From NCBI GenBank assembly GCA_013265495.1, contig MU058213.1, positions 4,340,001 to 4,404,000 on the forward strand: a stretch of DNA of 64,000 bases, written 5' to 3'. The stretch is from Vicugna vicugna. Taxonomy: Eukaryota. The notes beneath the pieces are model-generated. The model saw only the letters and a program-made list of their open reading frames with translations. It was not told the DNA's origin and searched no databases. The position numbers and the translations under genes were made by a program. This document shows, piece after piece, positions 53,621 through 64,000 of this stretch; within the stretch, counting starts at the first letter, position 1; every line of letters starts with the position of its first letter.

Positions 53621-54281
53621 ACTTTTTAAATGGAGCAGAGTAAAGAAAGAAGCAAGCCCTGTGTCATTTTCCCTTCCGGAGAGGGATTTTTTTTAAGGCT
53701 TTCCATATAGTAAGTCATAGGATTTAGGCAGCTGCACATACCTAGCATCTTGGTATGATGTGCCTAGTTCAGTTAAGGAGGGGGTTAGGTCAGTTAATTA
53801 AGAGGAGAGGTCGATTATTTTTCCCTGGACAAAGAAATAAAAATTTTTAAAGTGGTCATTTTCTTAAATTGATGGGTGTGAGGTGATAAAATGTACAGTA
53901 ATGAAACCAGAATAGTTTGGAAAATCACTTCCTCTGAAGATTTTAAAGACTAGTACAAGCTACCTAACTGTAAGATGGGGTGGGTGGGAAATAGAAGGGT
54001 CAAGGGATCCAGTGTGGGCATAAGGAGGAGGAGGAGAGAGAGAAAGAAGCAATTCTGGCTGTCACTTTCTTATGATCATGGGTTTTGGTAGCAATTTAGA
54101 CTACCTTGGAAAATTGTTCAATTTCTTAGGTGCATGTTTCATTTCTTTGATTCTCTGATGCTACAAGAAGTAGTACCCTTGCTTTTAATGGGCCAATTAA
54201 CTGGAAATAGAATCCATTTTAGTGCTGATTTCTGCCCCTCCGCCATTCTTATGAATGTGTGGTTGATCACAGGCGCACGCT

Positions 54282-54317
54282 TGCGCATGCACACGCACAC
54301 ACACACGCGCGCGCGCA
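54282..54317. repeat. Alternating purine-pyrimidine (CA)n/(CG)n tract
   Basis: 36 bp of unbroken alternation: tgcgcatgcacacgcacacacacacgcgcgcgcgca. Confidence 0.9.
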
Positions 54318-54470
54318 GTTTAACTAGACATGGCAGAAAGTCATTTTTTTTTTTCAGGAATGACTTTCTCTATAGAGTTAAACATGTGCATATTATTGAA
54401 CCAAATCATGTGGTATATATCACAGTCAGCAATGTAATGTGATATAAACTATGTTTAAAACAGCTTGATG

Positions 54471-54771
54471 CAGAGTCATGGACATTGTAAACAAACTATG
54501 GTTACCAAAGGGGAAAGGGTGGGGTAGGATAAATTAGAGGTTGGGAGTTAACAGAAACACATTACTATATATAAAATAGATAACAACACGGACCTACTGT
54601 ATAGCACAGGGAACTATATATTCATTTTCTTGTAATAAAATATAATGGAACAGAATCTGAAAAGGAAATATATTATTGTATGTATATGTATAACTGAATC
54701 ACTTTGCTGTATAGCTGAAGCTAACATTGTAATTTAACTATACTTCAATAAAATTTTTTTAAAATAAAATT
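54471..54771 (+). mobile_element. 5'-truncated artiodactyl-type L1 3' UTR with 14-bp TSD
   Basis: 'ggacctactgtatagcacagggaactata', 'ataactgaatcactttgctgta', 'tatacttcaataaaa'; TSD aaaacagcttgatg (54457-54470) / aaaacagtttgatg (54772-54785). Confidence 0.92.
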
Positions 54772-56834
54772 AAAACAGTTTGATGGACTTCTAGAGGAAA
54801 GGAATTTTAATTATAAAATGAAATAATCTTTAAACTAGCATATTTTATACATTTGAATGAAAACAAAACTAAATGAACAATTTCTCTTTCATTTTTAGTG
54901 GACAGGGTTTGTTAAAATAGCTATTAACTCAGAATGTCTGACTAGGAACCTGGGTTAGAGAAAGTTGTCAATAATAGAAAAGGGGGCATTATTTTGTACT
55001 ACTCACAGATTGAGTTTTTGAGTTATGTCTACATTCTTGCTGAAGCATGTCTTTCCTTTAATCAGGAAAGGACAATTAAAATATAACTTGTATGGAAATG
55101 AAAGAGACAAAGATGTCATGAAGTTTATCTAAAATGATTTTGTTCTTTTAACAAAATCTTTGTTATCTTTAACAGGAAACTGCTACTTTAGGAACAGGGG
55201 AAAGGAATATTAGGTCTATTTCTTCTTTTAGTTAGTCCTTGTTCAAGTATATTGAAGACACAGAGTTAAAACTTGGAATTATATTAAAGTGTAGTGGTTC
55301 CCTGGGCACATGCAAGTGTGTGCATGCCCTTGTACTGTAATTGGTTGAAAGTTACGACATTAGGTAGGTGGTTTAGCCTTTTTGGCTTTTTTTTTTTTTT
55401 TCCATGTTTGAACAAGGAAAGAGGAAAAGGTACTCCAAATTCTATGATTTTTATGGCGGAGTACCTTGCCTAGCTCTTGCTTGTCAAGTGATTCCCTCTC
55501 CAAAACCTCCTGTGCTCCTGATGCACATATAACTAACTTCAGTATTTGGGCCAGACTGTTTGGCATGCTCATTTTGGATCTTTGATTCACAAAAGCTTAT
55601 TTAGTCATCTGATATTTTTTAATTTTTGTTTTAATTAATGTATCTAAAAGTACATTGTAGACAGTCTTCTACTTCTGGTATCTTAGGGTGGAGTGAGCGT
55701 CCATTCACATTCACTGTGTGAGTAATCAATGATTTAATTGAGAGTTTTCTAATGACTGTATTAACAGAGCTTTTTTTTTTCTTACATATTTGCCCATATT
55801 GAAATTCTTTTGCTACTTTACCCCATTTATGAGGCCCTTTGAAATATTTCAACAACAGTCTTAAAATTATGTTAGAGTTATTTCATTGTCATTTGCATTC
55901 CCAGGCATTTAACTTGGTTTCCTTATCCAGGTTATTTTATCTCTTCTGATCGTTTGTGGAGGGCATTGATACTTCTCCATCTTTGTCAGTAAATGTTTTC
56001 TCTGTCCTTGGTTTTGTTTTTCTGTCAAACCTTTAAGGAGGACCAAAAAAATCCTTTATTCCATGGTAACTTAGGGTTTTGTTTTTGCTATTGCTTTGCC
56101 TATATTACAGAGTCTTTTAAAAGGTAAATAAATTATACCTAAGGGTTACTTTTGACGTTGCACTTCCACATAGTCTCAGGAAAGTATAAGAGAGATTAGT
56201 CTTGTCATTCTCCCTCACCTCCTTCCTGCCCTTCTGCACACCTATCTCTAAGCTTTGTTCTCTAGCTCTGTGTGGGATATGCTTGCTTACTGAGTCAGTG
56301 GACCTTCTTGTTCCAGACCAGCTGTTCAAGAGTCATGAGACCAATTTATCTGTACAGTTCAGGCTTTCTTCTGGACTTCCTTAAGGACAAGTAGAGTTAT
56401 TAATCTGGTTGTCCTCTGACATAGTAGCTGCTAATCATATATTAGTCCCAGTTCTTTGAATTTGACAAAAATCGTAGTTGATTGTCATCCAGACCTAGAA
56501 TTTCTTCGTATCAGTTATCTGTATTATTCTTTGTTCTAATATTTTTAACTTCTGCTTCAGAAATCATTTACATCTTTCTTGATCAGCTTCTCCAATAAAT
56601 ACTGAAGCATGGAATTTATGAGTGTTTATTTTTACTTTATTCCCTAAATAAAAACTTCTATTATGAAAATACTTTTTAAGTTACTTGCAAAATGATTCCC
56701 AAGTTTCTTTCCAAGGGTGTTGTTTTCTTTTAAGAAAGTATCTTCTCTTCTTGAAAACATGTTTGTATCAGTTCTTACTATCTCTCCATCATAGAGTAAA
56801 ATTTTAATAAAATTTAAAAATTTAAACCAGCTAA

Positions 56835-56991
56835 GGGGGAAGGTGTGGCTCAGTGGTAGAGCACATGCTTAGCATGCATGAGGTCTTGGGTTCAATCCCC
56901 AGTACCTCCATCCAAAAACTAACTAAATTAAAAAAACTAATTACCTCCCCTGGCAAATAAATAAATAAATAAACCAACCAACCAACCAACC
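56835..56991 (+). mobile_element. Vic-1-type tRNA-derived SINE (camelid)
   Basis: 'gggggaaggtgtggctcagtggtagagcacatgcttagcatgcatgaggtcttgggttcaatccccagtacctcc'; TSD aaccagcta at 56825-56833 and 56992-57000. Confidence 0.92.
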
Positions 56992-59124
56992 AACCAGCTA
57001 GCAAAAATATTCTAAGCTATTAATTTCTTGTTCAGTCCATATTCCTGATTTTGTTTATAACATGGACTGTGTATTTGATTGTAGACCTATCTTGATATAA
57101 TCTATCATGGCTTTTCACATTTTAAATTAATGATAGTAACAAGTAAATTGATTTTTTTCCCATTTGTCTTCCTTCACCAGTGGAATCAGTATCCAAAGAA
57201 AGTTCTTTGGCAAGTGCATAACCTGACTGAAATGTCAGAGAACAGATGGAAAGGAGTTCCACAAGAATTGGCTGAATAGTAGGAGTTTGACTTTCTGAAA
57301 AAATAGCTTTACTGGCTTTCCTTTCCTCCAGAAGTAATATGAGGAAGAATTCGACCTTCAAATGAAGGAACAACTGTTTTTAGGCTGGTATTCAGTAGGA
57401 GGAGATAAAAGCCATTTCAGATAAAGTCTTAACCCTGTGATTTATTTATTTGTGAAGGGCTCAGAACATTGAGGCTACCTCATGATGTAAATACAAAAAA
57501 CAAAGTTCAGAGTCAATAAAATTCTTTTGAATTTTCCTGATAATATTGTTGCCTTGATTAGTGTGAAAAGTTGCATATAGTATCATTAACTTACTCATAA
57601 GATGAATTTGAAAACAACTGAGTTTATTCATGATTATATAAACAGGTATTGTAAAAGTTGTTACAGTTAAATTCTTTGCTTTATGTGCATGTAGGGTATC
57701 TGTGCACATTGTTAAGTCTCAACATAGAGTGCTGAAGATCACTCATAATTATTGTTACATAAATCCCTTTAAAATTATTAGCCCATTACATGATCCACTC
57801 CTGTGAATCTATAATGAAGCTCTCAAGTATCAACTTTAACAAAGTAAGCTATCATTTTCACAGTTACATGAGGAATTTGAGGCAGGAGACTCTGACGTTA
57901 AGTATTGGATAAAACCAAAAATATGTTGGAATAAAGTAGAGATAAAGAGAAAATTGAGCGTTTTAGCAACCTAACAAATTTAGCTGTGACTGCTGGGGTC
58001 ATCTGATTACTCAGCTTTTAATACATTAACACTGAATATGATCTTCAAGATGAAAACTTTTGTGTATGCTATTGAACCAAATAATTCTTCCTCTTACTGC
58101 TTTTTAAATTTTTGGATGGAGAAATTAGGTGCTGTGTCTCTGTTTTTTTCTTTTGGGTCCCTGTAAACATACTTTGCAAGCCTTTGCCTCCATAGGAACT
58201 AATTGTGGTGATGGAAGCTAAACTGTTGTTTCATGCTAATTTTATAATGTGTATATACTACAGAAGTTAGACAAAGGAACTAAGTTAAACAAAGATCTAG
58301 AGCTACTGCCAAACCTAAAAACAACAATGGCACAAAGAGGACAGAATTCAGGGTCCAAAGCCAACAAAATCCAAATGTAAATTTGCTAGTTGACAGGCAT
58401 CACATGTAAATGGCTTATTTTGGCAACTGCTGAAGTTAAAATACAAAAGACATCACTCATACAAAAGCAAAAGTAATTGAGGGTTTGTTTTTTTTTAAAG
58501 AAAATGGTCTTTTGAAATTTATAGTAGCTATTTAGTTTCTATGAAGAATGCTGCTTTTCACTTTTGTTAAAATCCATTTATTGTTTACTTAGTCCCATTA
58601 CTAGTGTACTGTCTTTCTTCATATTCCTGAAAGTTATTTTGGGTGACATAAGAAGACATGACCATTACATCAAAACTTTATTGACACATTTGCTTTTTTA
58701 AAGTCTTGAATCAGAGCTCATAGTTAAAATCCTTTCTTGGTATGTTTGCAGCATATTTCATATTGTGAATGTAATTGCCTCTTCCTTGCCTGTGTGACAA
58801 TTACTGAATGTGATTACAAAAATGCCTTTTACCTTATTTTATGGCAGGGAATATAATAAAATGAATCCCTAGCTAGTTGTCTGTCTGACTCAGTTGTAGC
58901 TCATCAAATGGCCATGGGTGAAGGGAAATAAAAGTAGGAAGGTTTCTTTGAGGATTAAGTTAACGAATGAAAAGTTAAGGAATGAAAACCTATTGTTCTT
59001 ACAGAGATAAGTTACAAGAAACCGGCATCACTTTTCTATATGTTTAAAAAAGTGATTTCCCCTCCTTCATTGGATGATATTATTTACATGTAAACATTCT
59101 TTCTTACGAATTATTAGGTATTCT

Positions 59125-59950
59125 TTTTTCTTTTAATTGTTGTAAAAACACATTAACACGAGCTGTGCCCTTTTGAAATTTTAAGCGTAAGTACAGTTGT
59201 TAACTGTGTGCACATTGTTGCACAGCAGATCTCTAGAACTTGGCCATCTCGTGTGGTTGAAACTCTACCCATTGAACAATTCCCCACTTCCCCCTCCCTC
59301 TAGCCACTGGCAGTTATCACTCTACCTTCTGCTTCTGTGTATTTGACTACTTTAGGTACCTCATATCTCATGAGTCCTTCTGTGACTGACTTATTTCACT
59401 TAGCATAATGTTCTCAGGGTTCATCTATGTTGTAGTATATGACAAGATTTCCCTTTTTGTAAGGCTGAATCGTATTCCCTTTTATTAACGTACTGAGTTT
59501 TCTTTATCTGCTCATTCATCAATGGGTGTTTATCTTGTTTCTACCTCTTGGCTATTGTGAATAATGCTGCAATGAACTTGAGAGTACACAGATACCTCTT
59601 TGAGATTCTATCTTCGGTTTTTTTTAGATAAATACTCAGAAATGGGATCGCTGGATCATTGGTAGTTGTAATTTTAATTTTTTGGTGAACCTCTATACGG
59701 CTTTCCTCCATAATGTTACATTCCTACCAGTAGTATACAGGGTTCCAATTTCTCCGCATTCTCGGTAATACTTATTTTCTGGGATTTTTTTTGTTTAGTT
59801 TTGTTTGTTTGTTTGTTTTCTAAAATAGCCATCCCCACAGGTGTGAAGTAATATCTAATTGTTATTTTGATTTGCATTTCTTTGATGATTAATTATCTTA
59901 AGAATGTTTTCTTATACTTTTTGGCCATTTGTATGTGTTCTTTATAGAAA
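59125..59950 (-). mobile_element. LINE-1 (L1MA/L1MB-like) 3' UTR plus ORF2 end
   Basis: 'acagcagatctctagaactt', 'gacttatttcacttagcataatgttctcagggttcatc', 'ggctattgtgaataatgctgcaatgaac'. Confidence 0.92.
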
Positions 59951-60989
59951 TTAAGTGTTCTTAATTCATTTAAAGTAATATTTAAGTCGATGAAATTTCA
60001 GTGAAGTAAAAGATACTTAATTTCTTGAAGTCTTTGTGATTACATTTGAATTAATATATGATTGAGAAAATATATTTAAATGTATAAATGTATAAGTGAT
60101 AAAGTATGTTAGAATGGAAGTAGTTCTGTATTTGCCTAGTGATTGTTTTGGGTTTATCTTAAGATTTTTTTAAAAAAACCTTATTTTTAAATTATATAAA
60201 CATTAAAATTTTTAATATTACAATAATATAAATTTACTTCAGACAAATTGAAAAACAGTAAAAAGACAATAATAATCCAGTGTTTCAAATGAAACACTAA
60301 TACTTTTTGTATTTCCCTCAGTATTTTTCCCCTTAGGCATTATTTTTAAATAGTTACCATAGTAAACATGCAATTTGTACCTTGCTTTTTTACTTAAAAC
60401 TATGATGGAAAGAAAATTTTTATTTAAAGAAGGTTAATAGATAAAAGAGGAAAATAAGGTAAAATATTTTGTACATTTAGATTGGACACTTTCAAATTGG
60501 AAGCAGAAAGAAAAAGCTTTTAAACTAAATGGGAAAAATATAAAAGCAGAGATGATAGTTGCTAGGAGGAGAAAGTAGGATTAGTAATTGTGATATTGCA
60601 TAGAGATTAACATAGACATGAGTCAGAACATGTTACATTAAATCTGTACAGTAATGAGCCACATGACTCTACTGTTTTAAATTTTTTATTGTCTTAGAAT
60701 TTATCTGTGGATTTTTAAAATAAAGTACAGTTTAACACTTCTTACATTATTGCTTAATTATTTTTATTTTAATGAACTTTTTGTTGATTAGGTAAACTCT
60801 TCCAGGGCATACATTCTACTTGTTGAATAATTCCACGCTCAGAAATTGTTATATTGTGGAAGCAGGTATATGTAAATAATTGTGCAAAACAGTGACATGG
60901 TATTTTCTATCATATGTTACCTTAATCTTTGAACGATAACTCACTGAAACATTGCAGGGAAATGGTTTTGTGAAGATAGATAATTGTAA

Positions 60990-61130
60990 ACACTTAGAAA
61001 CTACTACATGCAAGATACTTTCCAACCGTTTTATATGCTCTCTCATTTAAGTAGGTACCATTGTTATCTGATTTTCACAAATGAGGAAACGGAGGCAAAG
61101 AAAAAGATGTGACATATAAATCATACAATT
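60990..61130 (-). mobile_element. MIR SINE fragment
   Basis: 'attttcacaaatgaggaaacggaggcaaaga'. Confidence 0.7.
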
Positions 61131-61190
61131 TGAACTATGTTTGACCTACTATCTTGAATCCTTCCTCCATTCCCCTGTTACATGAAGATA

Positions 61191-61507
61191 CAGCCGTCCA
61201 TCAGTATCTGTGGGGATTGATTCCAGGACCTTCCTGGAATGTCATAATCCATGAATGCTGAACTCCTTTCTGTAAAATGGCATACTTTCTTGTAACCTAC
61301 ACGCATCTTCCCATGTACTTTCAATCATCTCTTGATTACCTGTAATACCTAATACAGTATAAATGTTGTCTATGTAAATAGTTGCCAGTGCACAGCAAAT
61401 TCAAGTTTTGCTTTTTGGAACTTTCTGGAACTTTTTTCCAAATATTTTTCCATCCATGATTGGTTGAATTTGCAGCTGCAGAGCCTGCAGATACAGAAGG
61501 CTGACTA
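61191..61507 (+). mobile_element. MER2-like TcMar-Tigger MITE with TA flanks
   Basis: ta|cagccgtccatcagtatctgtggggattgattccaggacc ... gcagatacagaaggctgacta|ta; imperfect terminal inverted repeats. Confidence 0.88.
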
Positions 61508-61914
61508 TACTATTTCTTTTTTATTGTCTTTTATTTTTGTCTCATAAAAGCAGGTAAAAAAATGAAGTTGATTTGGCATAAACTTGAATGCCCTTGCAGC
61601 CTGAGTACCTTTACAGTGTACACTGCATTGTGTCAGTGTTCTACTCTGTGGTCATACTTTGAGAGATGATGTCATTTACGATGAACAGTCATTCATGAGG
61701 AGTTTTAAACACAGATTACTGCCCCATCAGGCTATCATTATTCCAGTCAGAGAGGAAGAGGAATTACCACAAATGGGAAATACAACTTAGATCCTGTCAC
61801 TTCATTAAAGAGCAGATTCCCACCTTCCACAAATTTCCTCAAGTGGCAAGATTACTAAATGAGTTTTCTAATAGTGAGATGAAAAGGCCTTCCCTGCAGT
61901 TTCGGACACCTTAC

Positions 61915-62130
61915 CTTTATCAAGCATTTTTTTGTGACAGACACTGTATTAAGTGCCTAATAAGTATCATCTTACTGAATTCCCATACTCAGTCTATGAG
62001 TTATACACTATTATTAAACCCCATTTTATAGAAGAAGAAACAGACTTAGAGTAATCACATACCTGGTAAATAGAAAGGCCCTGGATTGCCACTTGGGTCC
62101 AGTTGGCTGTAAAGCATATTTTCCTGATAC
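61915..62130 (-). mobile_element. MIR SINE
   Basis: 'tattattaaaccccattttatagaagaagaaacagacttagag'. Confidence 0.75.
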
Positions 62131-63309
62131 AGCTTTGGTAGTTTCCTCATAATGCTTTGTTGAGCTGAAAGGACAAAGTCAGAGACTAATTTAGAGATAT
62201 TGAGTGTGGAAGGAAATCAGCTAGTTCCATTTTTCTGGTACTTTTAAACTTCTGAAATAAATACACTAAATGTTTAGAATATGCCGAATTTTTTGTCACT
62301 CTGTCAATAAACAACTTTCTCTTACTGAAGGCACACCAAGGGAGAAATGGAAAGGTTTTTCTGGGATAGCAGATTTGGAAGCCAATCTGATCAAAGAGAG
62401 GAATGCTGTTTTAAAAAAGTCTAGGGGAATAACTAGACCAAAGATTCAGATATTTAGAAGAGGTGAGACGAATAACCAGACAACTAAGATATTTGATATT
62501 GTATGTGGATATAGAACTGGGTAAACCAATGCATTTCAAACCTTTTCATTTTGAGATTAGTAAGGGGATATATTGCTTAAAATTGAGTATGTATTTACTT
62601 GCTGAGTTGGTGGAAGACAGAGATCTGTTAAAGTATAGTGATTTTCTTTTCTTTTTCTCTCCTGAAGCAGCTCTGAACAATTTATAAACCCCTGATACTT
62701 TACCCATCTTTCCCCCATCTTGTTAATGACATAAATGAGGAGGTCAAGAAGCTAAGTCTAGTTCATTGCTCATCAGCAGAAATCTGTTTAAACTAGTTCG
62801 ATTTTTATCTTTACATCGTCTTTGAGTTGAAGGTTTTAAGGAAATGATCATGACTAACTCAGCCAAAAGCCACAGAACAAAATTGGAATGAATGGGTTCC
62901 ACCTTCAGGAAATATTGCCAACTAAGACTATTTTGCCAGCATTTTACCATTGACATTACTACTTAAAAGACATTCTGATGACATTTAGAAAATGTTTAAA
63001 ATTATACTGAGGAGTACAAACAGACTATTTCATCATAGATGTTTATAGAACAATATTGTGAGATTTTAGCCCTTTGCCTGGATTTCAGGGTTAGCAAGGA
63101 AGTGGTTCTATAAACCGTTCTGTTAGGTTAGGCTCTCTTCTATTTGTATCTTGATTACCATCTTGTTTTCAAAACAACTGAACAAGATAATGATTTCATA
63201 TACTTAAAACTATCCAGAAATAATAATTTGAGTAGCTTAATGGAGATGCTTAACATAAATTGTAATGGAGGTAAATGACCACAAATTGAACTCACCAGAT
63301 TTGCATTCA

Positions 63310-63900
63310 AGTTGATATTTTTCACTGATTTCGGGAAATTTTTGCAAATTATTTTCTACATATATATTCTACCTAACTTTTTCCTCTGTTTTACTTCTGA
63401 TGCTCAAATTACATGTATTTTAGGACATTTAATATGGTCTAGCAGGTAGCTAAGGCACCATTCTTTTTTCCCAGTATTTTTCCTGTTCAGTTTGACTTCG
63501 CATTTCTTCTTCTGGTTCCAGTTCATTGTTAAGATTATTCAGCATATTTTTTATTTCAGATTTTGTTAATTTTAAATTGTAGAATTTCCATTTTCAAATA
63601 CTTTACTGAGTATAAAGTCTTTGGATACTTATAATAGATGCTTTAAAATCCTTCCCTGCTTATTCCAACATCCATGTCATCTTGAGAGATGTCTGTATGG
63701 AATTGGTTTCCTAGGCTTTAGGCCACATTTTAATCTCTCCACACAACTATTAATTTTTTATTTTATGAAAAATATAGAAGATATATTGTAGAGGTTTTAG
63801 TATTTCTTCTTCTGCAAAGTTTTGTTTTTGCTTTGTAAAATAAGACGTTTTTATGTTATTTGTAAGTAGTTACTTTATGTTTTTGGTTGATTATCTTGAG
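63310..63900 (-). mobile_element. Ancient L1 ORF1/5' region fragment
   Basis: 'ttcgggaaatttttgcaaattattttc', 'tttttatttcagattttg...tagaatttccatt', 'tattccaacatccatgtcatcttg'. Confidence 0.7.
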
Positions 63901-64000
63901 ACTTGATCTAATGCTTTGTTAAGTAGTACCCAGCAGCTGGAGCTGAAACCTAGATATGACATTTTCCTTTCTGTGTTTCCCACCTTAATTTCCAGCCACA

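Noticed and set aside
57181..57420. Strong acceptor 'tttgtcttccttcaccag|' suggesting a coding exon
   Set aside because: All three frames close within ~100 nt and no clear donor; at most a cryptic site
58345..58430. Minus-strand 'KPFTCDACQLANLHLDFVG', resembling a zinc finger or integrase
   Set aside because: No C2H2 histidine pair, spacing too short for integrase, immediate stop
62331..62462. Exon-like segment 'actgaag|...agag|gtgaga' within ORF 62270-62524
   Set aside because: Mediocre acceptor and an unrecognised peptide; not distinguishable from chance without expression data
72..62956. The short ORFs of the six-frame track as genes
   Set aside because: All are 126 aa or shorter, compositionally biased, often inside repeats, with no recognisable protein family except L1 ORF2 fragments
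1..64000. CRISPR array or prokaryotic/phage defence system
   Set aside because: No regularly spaced repeat-spacer structure and no gene-dense region; the sequence is eutherian repeat-rich DNA

Overview
AT-rich mammalian genomic DNA, very probably camelid: two Vic-1-type tRNA-derived SINEs and artiodactyl-type L1 3' ends are present. I can support no intact protein-coding gene, RNA gene, CRISPR array or prokaryotic system. The ORF track is chance ORFs plus decayed LINE-1 ORF2 pieces. The window reads as a large intron or intergenic region layered with eutherian repeats (L1, L2, CR1/L3, MIR, MER58/MER3 hAT, MER82/MER2/Tigger, LTR16, MLT1). The most informative object is a ~2.9 kb decayed 3' half of an ERV at ~35950-38879: an ERVL-type integrase, then a gamma-type env TM with an immunosuppressive-domain motif, then an LTR40-like 3' LTR. 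Other points of note are a CpG-rich Z-DNA tract next to promoter-like motifs (~54190-54317), several insertions with readable target-site duplications (TSDs), and a few unverified candidate small exons. Repeat family names come from recalled consensus sequences, not from a database search. Boundaries are approximate unless TSDs or termini are quoted. I did not find a convincingly novel biological system.
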